Positions 26,890 through 37,646 are shown, counted from the first letter of the stretch. The stretch: DNA of 54,368 bases from an uncultured Bacilli bacterium (GCA_934155005.1 CAKPGR010000004.1:1-54368), one strand, 5' to 3'. Notes: generated from the letters alone by a model not told the origin. A program made the numbers and translations.

Positions 26890-29800
26890 TCAACTATTTA
26901 TTTGTATTAATTTACCATCAATAATTGAATATAAGTACATATAAATCTTCTTGTTAGTTTTTCTACAAATATAATCTCTATACCCTTTTAATTGTTTTAA
27001 ATATGCTTTATCATCAGTATTTCTCAACTTATAATCAACAATTTTAAAAGAATCATTAGTTTCAATTAATAAATCAATAATTCCATGATAATTAATATCA
27101 TTTAAATCATATATAAATTCATACTCTTTAAAAATATTAATAGCATCTTTAAATATATTTGTACTCAAAAATGTTTCAACTAGTTTAGTTTCATAGTCAG
27201 ATAATTCGGTATAATCTGGATTTAAAAAATCAATATTTTCAAATATGGTATGCATTCTTCTACCAAAATGAATACTATCATAATTTTTTTCAGTGTACAA
27301 ACTTATATTTTCTTTTGAAAAATGATCTTCAACTATTTCATCAAATAAAAAATTTTTATTCTCAATTATTATTTTTTTATCAGATTGTTTTATTTTAGTT
27401 AAATAGTTAGTGTTTCTTAATTGATTGTACATTTTAGTTAGTGGAATATCATTTAAATTAATTTTTTTTATATATGGATTTAAACTTTTAGACAAAGAAT
27501 CAACAATATCAAAGAAAGATTTATATTTCATTTTATCGTAATAATCAAATTCTTTATCTTCATTTTTTAAATTAGGCATTATCATAATCATTTTTTCCTT
27601 AGCCCTAGTAAGAGCAACATAAAATAATCTTATTTTTTCAGAAATATCATCTCTCGTATACTTATCTTTAAGTAAATATTTATAGAATGTTTGCATAATA
27701 CCATTATCAATATAAGGCGTTATAATACCATATTCATTATCAAATGTTATTTTATCATTTATTTCCTGTTTATTAAATTTTGAATATAATCCCGTATAAT
27801 AACAAAGATGATATTCAAGGCCTTTTGATTTATGTATAGTCATTATTTTAACACCATTATCTTCCATATCTCTTGAAAATGTTATTTTTGAATTTTCTTG
27901 TGTTATTTTATCTAAATAATCATTAAATTCATATATTGTATATCCCATTTCACTTAATTTATTAGAAGTATCAATAAGATAATCTAAACAAGCTATATGT
28001 TTTTTTATGTCACCAACTGTAATTATTTTTTCATAAAATTTAAATTTATCTATTATCACATCTATTACTTCATTAATAGCGTGATTCTTATAATCAATTG
28101 TTTTAATAAGTTTTATTAAATCAGAATCATCATAGTTTTCATTTTGAAAATAATTAAATATTTCATTATCACTCATATTATATAAATAACTTCTTAAAAC
28201 ACTTATAAAAGAATACCTATACTTAATATCATCTTTGTTTAAAATCATTAAATTAATAATATTTTTAATAATAAAAACATCAATATTATCACTTATATTT
28301 TCATCCTTATAAATACATAATGGAATATTTAAATATTCAAATATTTTTTTATATAAATTAAAATTAGTTGATGTGGACATCAAAATAGCAATATCAGAAT
28401 ATTCTAATTTTCTAATTTTTTTAGTGTCTTTATCAAAAATTTTATAGTCATTTTCTATTTTATTTTTTATATCATACGCACATATAAAAGCTTCTATTTC
28501 TTCTTTTTTAAATGTTCCATCAATTTCATAAGTAAAAATATCCAAATTATTATTTTGATTAACATTACCCATTTCATCATAAGCTTTATTTCCATAAATC
28601 ATTTGATGACTTTCTAAATAATCAGCACCACCAATTTTAATATCCATAATTTGGTTAAAAATTAAATTTATGTTATTTAAAACTTCATTTCTTGATCTAA
28701 AATTCTTATTTAAATCAATTTTATAACCACCATTATTTTTAGAATATAAATTATATTTATTTTTAAATAAATTAGGATTAGCATTTCTAAATCGATAAAT
28801 AGATTGTTTAACATCACCAACCATATAAACATTATTATTTTGTATATATGATATAAATAGCTCTTGTAAATCACTAGTATCCTGATATTCATCAATCATA
28901 ATTTCATTCAAAGAATTTTTTAATTCATCTCTAACACATGAATTAGATTCTACAACTTTAATTGCCATTTTAGCTATATCACTAAATTCATATAAATCAT
29001 ATTTACTTTTGAAACTGTTTAAATTTTGATCTAACAGTTTAATAATATCAATAATTATACTAACATATTCTTTTGTCATGTAAATAGAATCTTTTAAGAT
29101 TGCTGAATTTAGATAAGGCGTTAAATCTTTTATTTCTTTAATAATTTTTGAAATGTTATCTTTTATTTTTTTTGCTTCAAAAGATCCATCACGTAATATT
29201 GGTAATTTAATATTTAGACTTTTTATTTCATCATAATCCTTAACATATAAAATTGAACTTATAGCTTCTTCAAATTTAATATAATAATCATTATCAACAT
29301 ATTCTTCTAAATCAACAAATAGTTTATTTATCTCGCCTATCTTATCTCTTAAAAAATCCATATATTCTTCAATTCTTTTTTTTATTAATGTATCATTATA
29401 ATAATTATTTATATAACTTTCTAAATAACTTCCCTTATCATAAATCATATCTAATTTTTCATTAATTTTAAGAATAGCTTTTTTTATTTCATCATCATCT
29501 CTAGTACAAAAGTCATCAATTAATTTTAAAAATAATGGATTTTTATCACTATATAATTTTTCAAATATTTCATTTAAATATTCTTCTTTTTTTTGATTTA
29601 TAACACCAGGATCAACTATTGAAATATTTTTACCAATATTTAATAAATAATTATACTTTTTTACAATTGATAAAGCATATGAATCAAATGTTGTGATATA
29701 GGCACTATCTATCCTATCAAGTTGTTGTTCTAATGCTTTTACCTCTTTTATTTTTTTTCTAATTCTATCTTTCATTTCACTTGCAGCTGCATTTGTAAAT

Positions 29801-29961
29801 GTTAAAATTAAAAGCTCATCAATATTAACACCATCTTGTAATTTTCTAAGTACTCTTTCACTTAAAACAGCAGTTTTACCACTTCCCGCCCCAGCACTTA
29901 CAATAATATTAGTATTATCTTTTAAAATTGCTTCATTTTGTTCCTTTGTCCAATTAGGCAT
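26890..29961 (-). CDS. addA: ATP-dependent helicase/nuclease subunit A (AddA/RexA)
   Basis: UvrD-type motifs (SAGAGSGKT, DEYQDTS, VGDVKQSIYRFR) and C-terminal RecB nuclease motif (GIIDLL...VDYK). The start is at ATG 29961, behind GGTGGTGA. Confidence 0.85.
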   Translation of the reverse strand: MPNWTKEQNEAILKDNTNIIVSAGAGSGKTAVLSERVLRKLQDGVNIDELLILTFTNAAASEMKDRIRKKIKEVKALEQQLDRIDSAYITTFDSYALSIVKKYNYLLNIGKNISIVDPGVINQKKEEYLNEIFEKLYSDKNPLFLKLIDDFCTRDDDEIKKAILKINEKLDMIYDKGSYLESYINNYYNDTLIKKRIEEYMDFLRDKIGEINKLFVDLEEYVDNDYYIKFEEAISSILYVKDYDEIKSLNIKLPILRDGSFEAKKIKDNISKIIKEIKDLTPYLNSAILKDSIYMTKEYVSIIIDIIKLLDQNLNSFKSKYDLYEFSDIAKMAIKVVESNSCVRDELKNSLNEIMIDEYQDTSDLQELFISYIQNNNVYMVGDVKQSIYRFRNANPNLFKNKYNLYSKNNGGYKIDLNKNFRSRNEVLNNINLIFNQIMDIKIGGADYLESHQMIYGNKAYDEMGNVNQNNNLDIFTYEIDGTFKKEEIEAFICAYDIKNKIENDYKIFDKDTKKIRKLEYSDIAILMSTSTNFNLYKKIFEYLNIPLCIYKDENISDNIDVFIIKNIINLMILNKDDIKYRYSFISVLRSYLYNMSDNEIFNYFQNENYDDSDLIKLIKTIDYKNHAINEVIDVIIDKFKFYEKIITVGDIKKHIACLDYLIDTSNKLSEMGYTIYEFNDYLDKITQENSKITFSRDMEDNGVKIMTIHKSKGLEYHLCYYTGLYSKFNKQEINDKITFDNEYGIITPYIDNGIMQTFYKYLLKDKYTRDDISEKIRLFYVALTRAKEKMIMIMPNLKNEDKEFDYYDKMKYKSFFDIVDSLSKSLNPYIKKINLNDIPLTKMYNQLRNTNYLTKIKQSDKKIIIENKNFLFDEIVEDHFSKENISLYTEKNYDSIHFGRRMHTIFENIDFLNPDYTELSDYETKLVETFLSTNIFKDAINIFKEYEFIYDLNDINYHGIIDLLIETNDSFKIVDYKLRNTDDKAYLKQLKGYRDYICRKTNKKIYMYLYSIIDGKLIQINS

Positions 29962-32227
29962 TAATATCACCACCTAAAAAATCTTTATAATTTTGTTTTT
30001 CTAAATAAACAATATCTTTATTTGTCTTATAGCAAATATCTCTATATTCACAATATTCGCAACCTATTAATTTTTGATCTATATTTTTAGGATTAATCGA
30101 AAAGTCAGTATCTATTATTTTGTCAATAGCCATATCAATTTGTTTATCTACAATATGCTCTAAGTTATTCATTTCTTCATCTGTTAAAAGTTTAGAATAT
30201 ATACTAAAACCTTTGGACGTTGTTTTCATTGATTTTATAACTTTACTATCTTGATGATTTTTATCAAACTTTTCTAAAATATCAATATCATCGGTACTAT
30301 AACCTTCTAAACGATATAACTTTTTTTCTTCTTCTAAATAATTATCTTGATGATTTAATTTATTATGTATTAATTTTTGTAAATAAAATCCAGCTATTTT
30401 AACATTTTTAATTTCAGAATTTTTAATTAAGTATAAATATATTGGCAGTTGCATATTTAATCCATAAATAGTATCATCTAAGTTTATACTTGGACTACCC
30501 GTTTTATAATCAATAATAGCCACAATCATTCTATCTTCTTCTTTTTTATATTTAATTTTATCGATATAACCTTTGAATGTAATTTTTATATTTCTACTCT
30601 TATCAACTATAATTTCTTTTTCGGTTAATATTTCATTTAATTCTGAATAATTATCTTGATCTTTAATAATATTAATAATTTTAAATAAATCTTTTTTTAA
30701 TTTATTTATAAAAAATAATTCTTTATTTGTAAATAATTTATCCTTTATATAATTTTCATATTCTTTTTCAAAGTCAAAGTTATCTTTAAAACAAATGGAT
30801 AATATATAATGAAATAAGTTACCTATATAAGCATTAAAATTATCTTCTTTTCTATTTAATTTTAAAATATTTGAAATATAATACTTAAAACTACACTTAC
30901 TATAATTATTTAGTGATGAATATGACAAATTAAGTTTATTATTGATATATTTATAAAATTTTTCTTTATCAATATGTGTATACTTATTATCATAATTTAA
31001 ATAATCAATATCATTATAATTTGAATATAATAAATCAATATCATCATCTTTTTCATTGAATTTTATAAAATTATCTAATTTAAGAGACAATACTAGCTTA
31101 TTATATAAGTTAGAATAAGAATATTTTTTTTCATTCATAATAATTACATTTGAATCATTAATTAAAGAAGATTTATAATACTCTTTACCATCAAATTTTA
31201 ACTTATAAGATATAAAAACATTTTCATATGTCATTATTTTTTTTATTTTTTCTTTTTCTATTATATTTTTTTCAGATGATGTAAATAATCCATATTTTTT
31301 CTTTTCATTATCAGCTAAATAATCTTCATCTTTATATATTTTAGGAAAAATACCTTGATTAAATCCTAAAATAAAATAGTAACCATCATTTGTAATATCA
31401 TCTAACTTTACTATATTTACAGCATTATCTAATTTATTTCTACTTATTTTTTTATTTCTTATTTCTTGTTCTATTAAATAAATTACTGTATCATCAAGTT
31501 CCACAAAACTATATTTATTTATAATATCAGTAATTATTTTTTTTAATTTTATATTTTCTACATAATTTATAGCTGTTTCTAAATTTTGTTCTTGTTTTAA
31601 TTTATTTAAAAATGCATTTATTTCAATCATTCCATATATAGATATTTTTTCATTTATGTTAATAGGAACATTATATAGTTTAAATAGTCTTTTTAAGGGG
31701 ATAATATATTCACTACCTACATTTACTAAATTAAATTGATTTAAATTACCTTTTTCTAATGTCATAATTTTATCGATAACAAAATTAATTTCATCATCTA
31801 TGGTTTGAAATTCATATATAGGGTTATTAATATTATTATAAACATTTTCTAATACTAAGTAATCATATTTTTTTATCTCCTCCATAATATATGAATCTAA
31901 TTTAATATTATCTATAACAATTCTTTTTATACTTTTTTTAAACAGTGGTTTATAGTTTACCAAATTATTTTCTATTAACTCTTCTTTTAATTTTTGATTA
32001 AATAAAAAATTATCTAAATACATTTTAGCAATTTCATATTTATAATTATATTTTTTTACTAAATAATAAATAGCTCTTTCATCCACATATCCAAAATAAT
32101 CATTTATAAATTCTTGTTTTGTCATTATTTTCAAATTTAACATTTTATTTTGATTATTTAAATATTTTAAAATTTTAGTTTTATTATTTGTTATTACAAT
32201 ATCATTATTATTTAGCTTTTCATACAT
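29954..32227 (-). CDS. addB: helicase/nuclease subunit B (AddB/RexB), short form
   Basis: C-terminal nuclease motif GYIDKI...IIDYKTG and Fe-S cysteines (C...CEYCEYRDIC). It overlaps addA. ATG 32227, behind GGAGAG, is preferred. Confidence 0.7.
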   Translation of the reverse strand: MYEKLNNNDIVITNNKTKILKYLNNQNKMLNLKIMTKQEFINDYFGYVDERAIYYLVKKYNYKYEIAKMYLDNFLFNQKLKEELIENNLVNYKPLFKKSIKRIVIDNIKLDSYIMEEIKKYDYLVLENVYNNINNPIYEFQTIDDEINFVIDKIMTLEKGNLNQFNLVNVGSEYIIPLKRLFKLYNVPININEKISIYGMIEINAFLNKLKQEQNLETAINYVENIKLKKIITDIINKYSFVELDDTVIYLIEQEIRNKKISRNKLDNAVNIVKLDDITNDGYYFILGFNQGIFPKIYKDEDYLADNEKKKYGLFTSSEKNIIEKEKIKKIMTYENVFISYKLKFDGKEYYKSSLINDSNVIIMNEKKYSYSNLYNKLVLSLKLDNFIKFNEKDDDIDLLYSNYNDIDYLNYDNKYTHIDKEKFYKYINNKLNLSYSSLNNYSKCSFKYYISNILKLNRKEDNFNAYIGNLFHYILSICFKDNFDFEKEYENYIKDKLFTNKELFFINKLKKDLFKIINIIKDQDNYSELNEILTEKEIIVDKSRNIKITFKGYIDKIKYKKEEDRMIVAIIDYKTGSPSINLDDTIYGLNMQLPIYLYLIKNSEIKNVKIAGFYLQKLIHNKLNHQDNYLEEEKKLYRLEGYSTDDIDILEKFDKNHQDSKVIKSMKTTSKGFSIYSKLLTDEEMNNLEHIVDKQIDMAIDKIIDTDFSINPKNIDQKLIGCEYCEYRDICYKTNKDIVYLEKQNYKDFLGGDINA

Positions 32228-32305
32228 AATAACACTCTCCATATTTTTATTATATCATTTCAAAATAAATATTTCTATTTTATTATTTGATATTACTATT
32301 TTTTA

Positions 32306-32334
32306 TAAAAAAAAATATTGATTGATTCAATATT
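32306..32334 (-). terminator. rho-independent terminator of spo0A
   Basis: aatattga (32314-32321) pairs with tcaatatt (32327-32334), followed by U9 on the minus-strand RNA. Confidence 0.6.
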
Positions 32335-33093
32335 TTAACACCCTATCTTACTACCTTCTAATTTTAATTTATCAGCTATTGTAACGATGAATTCTGAATT
32401 TGTTGGTTTTGCTTTATCAATATCTACACTATGTCCAAATATTTCTTCCATCAAATCCCAGTCACCTCTATTCCAGCTAACTTCAATAGCATGTCTTATT
32501 GCTCTTTCAACTCTTGATACTGTTGTATCAAATTTTGCTGCAAGTTCTGGATATAACTCTTTTGTTATACCTCCTATTGTTTCTGGTTTATTATAAATAA
32601 TACTTATTCCTTCTCTAATATATTGATAACCTTTTATATGAGATGGAATTCCAAGTTCATGTAAAACCTTTGTTATTGATATTTGTAAGTTGTTATAATT
32701 AAGGTCTATACTTTTACCTTCATCTTCTCTAAACAAATTTTTAATTCTTTTTTCTAAATCAACTAGTTCAAAAGGTTTTAAAATAAAATAATTAACTCCA
32801 AAATCAGAAACTTGTCTTATAACCTCACTAGCATTATAACTAGTTGATACAATTACCTTCTTATTCATTGATCTTTTTTTCATTTCTTCTAAAACATATA
32901 AACCATCTTTGTTAGGCATAATTAAATCAAGTATTACAGCATCTATTTCATCAAAATGATCTTGTAACATATTAATTCCTTCTAAACCATCATAAGCTTC
33001 AAACATAACACGAACATCACTACTACTTCTAAAATACTCCTTAATCATATTAACTAAGTTAACATTATCATCTATTACAAGTACTTTAATCAT
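32335..33093 (-). CDS. spo0A: sporulation master response regulator Spo0A
   Basis: Receiver domain (VLVIDDN, D in DLIMP) plus the Spo0A-specific C-terminal domain (GITKELYPELAAKFDTTVSRVERAIRHAIEVSW). Confidence 0.9.
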   Translation of the reverse strand: MIKVLVIDDNVNLVNMIKEYFRSSSDVRVMFEAYDGLEGINMLQDHFDEIDAVILDLIMPNKDGLYVLEEMKKRSMNKKVIVSTSYNASEVIRQVSDFGVNYFILKPFELVDLEKRIKNLFREDEGKSIDLNYNNLQISITKVLHELGIPSHIKGYQYIREGISIIYNKPETIGGITKELYPELAAKFDTTVSRVERAIRHAIEVSWNRGDWDLMEEIFGHSVDIDKAKPTNSEFIVTIADKLKLEGSKIGC

Positions 33094-33183
33094 AAATTTA
33101 TTTACCCTCTCTTTCGTAGTACTGCTTAAAACTAATTATACTCCTTATATTTACATATTTCTAGAATTTTTTTTATCTAATTT

Positions 33184-33190
33184 TGTCGAA
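33184..33190 (+). promoter_or_regulatory. Spo0A-box TGTCGAA upstream of spo0A
   Basis: Exact consensus 7-mer 91-97 nt upstream of the spo0A ATG. Confidence 0.35.
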
Positions 33191-33904
33191 TTACTTTAAA
33201 TATAAATTAATTATATCTATAAATTCATTGTAATTAGTTGATGCTTTGCCAACTAAAACACCATCTAATCCAGCAATTTTTTTTATATATTCTATATTAT
33301 TTTTATTAATACTTCCACCATATAATACTTTAACATCTTCAATTTTATGGATTTTTTTTACATAATTTTTTATATATAATATTATTCTTTCAATTTCCTT
33401 TTTACTAGGAATGTTACCTGTTCCAATTGACCATATAGGTTCATATGCGATTATTATTTTATTTAATTTATTATCTTTTAAAGCATTATTTATTTGCCTT
33501 TTCAAGACTATTTTAGTCATACCAAATTTATTTTCTTTTTTCGTTTCACCAATACATAAAATTGGATTTAAATTATATTTAATAGCTAAATTAATTTTTT
33601 TATTGATTTTTTTATCTGTTTCATTATTATTTTTTCTTCTTTCACTATGTCCAACTAATATATATTTTATTCCTAGTGAATTAGTTTGTTTGGCTGATAC
33701 TTCTCCTGTATAAGCTCCTGTATCTTCTGAACAAATATTTTGAATTCCAATATTATAATCTTTATTCAAAAAAAAAGGTATAAATACATTTGTAGGGCAA
33801 ATTATAACATTCTCTTTATCAATTTCTCGTGTTCCTTCTATATACTCTTTTATTTCACTTAAAGTTAAATTCATCTTTAAATTACCAACTACTATTTTAT
33901 TCAT
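33191..33904 (-). CDS. tpiA: triosephosphate isomerase
   Basis: GNLKMN, VGHSERR and AYEPIWSIGTG motifs. Confidence 0.85.
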   Translation of the reverse strand: MNKIVVGNLKMNLTLSEIKEYIEGTREIDKENVIICPTNVFIPFFLNKDYNIGIQNICSEDTGAYTGEVSAKQTNSLGIKYILVGHSERRKNNNETDKKINKKINLAIKYNLNPILCIGETKKENKFGMTKIVLKRQINNALKDNKLNKIIIAYEPIWSIGTGNIPSKKEIERIILYIKNYVKKIHKIEDVKVLYGGSINKNNIEYIKKIAGLDGVLVGKASTNYNEFIDIINLYLK

Positions 33905-35123
33905 CTTTACCTCTTTTTAAAGTGTTTTTAATTTTATTAATTAAATCATGATTTTTATTACTATTTATAGCACAATTATATACATAAAGTATTTTATCTG
34001 CATAATACCTTAAAGAATGTGAATCAGCTGTAATTCTAGCTTGTCTACTCATCATCTTTAATTTATCATTATCTTTTAAAAGTTCTTCAATACATTTTTT
34101 GTATTGTTTTTTGTTTGAAAACTCTTTGCCATTCAAACCATCTATTACAACATTTTTAAAGGCCTCATCTGTAGCACATATTACTGGAAGACCAGAAGCC
34201 ATAGCTTCAATAACTGTTAATCCTTGAGTTTCGGTTGTGGATGCTGTAGCAAAAATGTCTGAAATACCATAATATTTAGGTACTTCTTCCCATGGAACAG
34301 CTCCTGTAAAAATAACTTTATCTTCTATGCCTAATTTCTTCGCTAATAACTTGAAACGTTTTAAATCAGGTCCATCACCAACTATTAATAATTTACAATT
34401 ATATTTTTTTGACAATATTTGTTGACTTTCAATTAAAATATCAATACTTTTTTCTTCTGCCAATCTTCCAACATAAGTAATAATTTTTTCATTTTTCAAG
34501 AGTTTTAAATCTTTTTTTAATTGTTCTAATTCATTTTCATTTAAATTTTCTATATAAAAACGATCTACATCTATTCCTGTTGGAACAATATGAACATTTC
34601 TATCAACAGTATATTTTTCTTTAAATAAATCATATGTTTTTTTACTTGGAACAATTAATTCAGTTGCTGTTTTGTCACAGTAAAATTTTGTAAAATACTC
34701 AACTAATTTTTTACTTGTCTTATTAAAATAACCATGTGTTATATAATGTACATAATCTTCATACATTGTATGATATGTATGAACTAATGGTATATTATAT
34801 TGCTTAGCAATTAGTCTCGCAAATGTTCCAACACCAAATTCTGTATGTGAATGAATAACATCTAGATTCCAATCTTTTATTTTTTTTAAAACCCTTGCAG
34901 GATAAATACCTGTTAATCTATAATCATAAATTCCTGTTGGTATTCCTGGTATTCTTATAATTCGACCATTATCTTCATATCTATATTTCATATCATCAGG
35001 ATTAACAGTCACAATAAAAACATCATGACCTTTTTGAGTTAAGGCTTTTTCTAACATTTTTATACTTGTTGATACACCATTAATATATGGTGGATATGTA
35101 TCTGTAAATATTCCTATTCTCAT
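33897..35123 (-). CDS. GT4-family glycosyltransferase, diacylglycerol glycosyltransferase-like (glycolipid synthase candidate)
   Basis: N-terminus MRIGIFTDTYPPYINGVSTS and an E-x7-E region (ETQGLTVIEAMASG). Confidence 0.7.
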   Translation of the reverse strand: MRIGIFTDTYPPYINGVSTSIKMLEKALTQKGHDVFIVTVNPDDMKYRYEDNGRIIRIPGIPTGIYDYRLTGIYPARVLKKIKDWNLDVIHSHTEFGVGTFARLIAKQYNIPLVHTYHTMYEDYVHYITHGYFNKTSKKLVEYFTKFYCDKTATELIVPSKKTYDLFKEKYTVDRNVHIVPTGIDVDRFYIENLNENELEQLKKDLKLLKNEKIITYVGRLAEEKSIDILIESQQILSKKYNCKLLIVGDGPDLKRFKLLAKKLGIEDKVIFTGAVPWEEVPKYYGISDIFATASTTETQGLTVIEAMASGLPVICATDEAFKNVVIDGLNGKEFSNKKQYKKCIEELLKDNDKLKMMSRQARITADSHSLRYYADKILYVYNCAINSNKNHDLINKIKNTLKRGKDE

Positions 35124-36121
35124 TTTGTTTTCTCCTTTTTAAAGTTTAATATAATGGCTCCCAAAATCATACCAAAATAATATGTAATAAAACGCCATAA
35201 AAGCATTATAGCATTAAGTGAAGATCCTTTTATAACCATACCAAAGAAAGTTATAAAGCCATATTCAAGGCCTCCTGTACCACCTGGAATAGGGACAAAT
35301 GAACCAATCAGCATAACATAGGCCATAATCAAAATACAAGTCAAACTATTTATACTATAAATTCCTATACCACAAAATAAAGCAAATGGTACTAAATAAA
35401 GACTTATAAGCGCGAAAAATTCTAATAAAATCATTATAAAAAAGGAAAATTTATCTTTAAATAACATTTCTGATCCTTTATTAAAATCTAATAAATAATT
35501 ATGAAATTTTTCCTTCAAAGTTTCCTTTTTTCTTACCAATCTTAATTTTGACAATGTATTAATAATAAAATCTACAATTGTCTTATCAGTTTTTTTAGAA
35601 AATGTAATTCCAAAAAGTACAACAATTACTAAAAAATTAATTATAAATCCTAGTGTAACTAAATATTTTAAAATATTATTTCCTAAAATATGAAAATATG
35701 AATTGCTTATAACAGCGATTACTCCTAATAGTACAAGTGCTATTTGATAAACTATAAAACATTCTATTGATATTGAAACAGCATCTGTTACCTTTACATT
35801 TTTACTTAATGAATATATTTCATATGGTTGACCACCTGTTGAAAAAGGTGTTATAGCGTGAAAAAAATTTGTTTTTAGTGTTAATGCAAGAGCATCTTTT
35901 AATTTATATTCTTTATTAAACTTTTTTGTAAAACTATATGTTACTATACTTTTTAAAAAATAGTAGATAAATAATAGTAAAAAAGCTATTATTAACCACC
36001 AAATATTTATACTTAATATAGTATTTAATATAGTATTAAAATCATCTTTTAATGAAAAATAAAGAACTAATGATGTAGCAGTTAATATTGCTAAAAAAGA
36101 TATAATTTTATTTTTTTTCAT
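35120..36121 (-). CDS. UPF0104 / lysylphosphatidylglycerol-synthase-TM-region family membrane protein (flippase-like)
   Basis: About 8 TM helices, with motifs FSTGGQPYE and PIPGGTGG typical of this family. Confidence 0.6.
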   Translation of the reverse strand: MKKNKIISFLAILTATSLVLYFSLKDDFNTILNTILSINIWWLIIAFLLLFIYYFLKSIVTYSFTKKFNKEYKLKDALALTLKTNFFHAITPFSTGGQPYEIYSLSKNVKVTDAVSISIECFIVYQIALVLLGVIAVISNSYFHILGNNILKYLVTLGFIINFLVIVVLFGITFSKKTDKTIVDFIINTLSKLRLVRKKETLKEKFHNYLLDFNKGSEMLFKDKFSFFIMILLEFFALISLYLVPFALFCGIGIYSINSLTCILIMAYVMLIGSFVPIPGGTGGLEYGFITFFGMVIKGSSLNAIMLLWRFITYYFGMILGAIILNFKKEKTK

Positions 36122-37280
36122 CTATAACATCTATTCCTGGCAAATTTTTTCCTTCTAAAAGTTCAAGTGATGCTCCGCCACCTGTTGAAATATGATCAAA
36201 ATAATCTCTATAGCCCATATTTATAACAGCCGAGGCTGTATCTCCACCACCAACTATTTTTTTTGCATCAATATTTTTTAAAATTTCACATAATCCTTTT
36301 GTTCCGTTACTAAATTCTTTTTGTTCAAACATTCCCATTGGTCCATTCCATATTATAGTCTTAGAATCCTCTAAATATGTTTTAAATAACTTTAATGTAT
36401 TAGGTCCTATATCTAATCCAACTTCATCTTTATTTATATCACTTATAAATGAAGTCTTAATGCCACCATCCTTTGTTTTATTAACACTGTCTATTGGTAA
36501 AATTATTTTATCAGAATAATTTTTTAGTACATTTTTACAAAAATCAATATTTTCTTCATCTAATATCGAGCTACCTATATCTATATCTTGTGATTTTAAG
36601 AATGTATACGCCATTCCTCCACCTATTAATATATAGTCAGCAACATTTACTAAATTTTTAATAACACCTATTTTATCTTTTACCTTAGCGCCACCTAGAA
36701 TTATAGTTATTGGTTTTAAAGCATTACTAATGTCTAATTCTTTTATTTCTTTTTCAACTAAAAATCCAATTCCACTTGGTAAATTAGTTGCAACACCGAC
36801 ATTTGATGCATGTGATCTATGGCATGTTCCAAAAGCATCATTAATAAAAATGTCTCCTAATTTTGACCAATATAATCCTAATTCTTTGTCATTATTTGAT
36901 TCTAAATTACCATTTAAATCTTCATATCTAGTATTTTCTATTAATAATACTTCACCTGATTTTAAATTGTTAACTTCATTTTCTAAAAGTTCTCCTCTTG
37001 TTTCTGTAACAAAAATAACATCTTTATCTAATAATTCACTCAATCTAAGAGCGATAGGTTCTAAAGTATTTTTTTCCAAATCTTCTTTTTGCTTTATTCT
37101 ACCTAAATGGGATAGTAAAATAACTTTTGCTCCCTCATTTATAGCATAGTTTATTGTTTTTAAACTTTCTTTAATTCTAGTATCATCCTCAATATTACCA
37201 TCTTTTATTGGAACATTAAAATCTACTCTAATTAAAACTTTTTTATCTTTTAAATTAAAATCTCTAATTGTTTTTTTCAT
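36108..37280 (-). CDS. pgk: phosphoglycerate kinase
   Basis: RVDFNVP, SHLGR, GGAKV.DKI and GGGD motifs in 390 aa. Confidence 0.95.
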   Translation of the reverse strand: MKKTIRDFNLKDKKVLIRVDFNVPIKDGNIEDDTRIKESLKTINYAINEGAKVILLSHLGRIKQKEDLEKNTLEPIALRLSELLDKDVIFVTETRGELLENEVNNLKSGEVLLIENTRYEDLNGNLESNNDKELGLYWSKLGDIFINDAFGTCHRSHASNVGVATNLPSGIGFLVEKEIKELDISNALKPITIILGGAKVKDKIGVIKNLVNVADYILIGGGMAYTFLKSQDIDIGSSILDEENIDFCKNVLKNYSDKIILPIDSVNKTKDGGIKTSFISDINKDEVGLDIGPNTLKLFKTYLEDSKTIIWNGPMGMFEQKEFSNGTKGLCEILKNIDAKKIVGGGDTASAVINMGYRDYFDHISTGGGASLELLEGKNLPGIDVIDEKK

Positions 37281-37289
37281 GCTTAACTC

Positions 37290-37646
37290 CTATTCATCAA
37301 ATTTATATTTTAAGACATTATTTTCATCTTTTGTTACTATTATTTTTTTATTTTTATTAATACTATCCGAAACTTTGCTATCATTTTTAGGATTTATTGT
37401 TGTACTTTTTAAATATCCATTATCAATTAATGTTTTTAATGATATTTCTTTTTCATTAGTAATTTCTATATTTTCACCTTCAATATATGCTTCACAAGCA
37501 ATATATAAATTATTTTTAAATGTTTCATATTTATCATTATTGCTTTTTTTTAATAATGATGTTATTTCTGGCATAGCCATTAATAAAATTATTCCTGTTA
37601 TAGTAAATACAGCAAGTAGTTCAATCATTGTAAAACCTTTTTTCAT
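37290..37646 (-). CDS. prepilin-type N-terminal methylation domain protein (pseudopilin / ComGC-like)
   Basis: MKKG|FTMIELLAVFTITGIILLMA. Confidence 0.7.
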   Translation of the reverse strand: MKKGFTMIELLAVFTITGIILLMAMPEITSLLKKSNNDKYETFKNNLYIACEAYIEGENIEITNEKEISLKTLIDNGYLKSTTINPKNDSKVSDSINKNKKIIVTKDENNVLKYKFDE

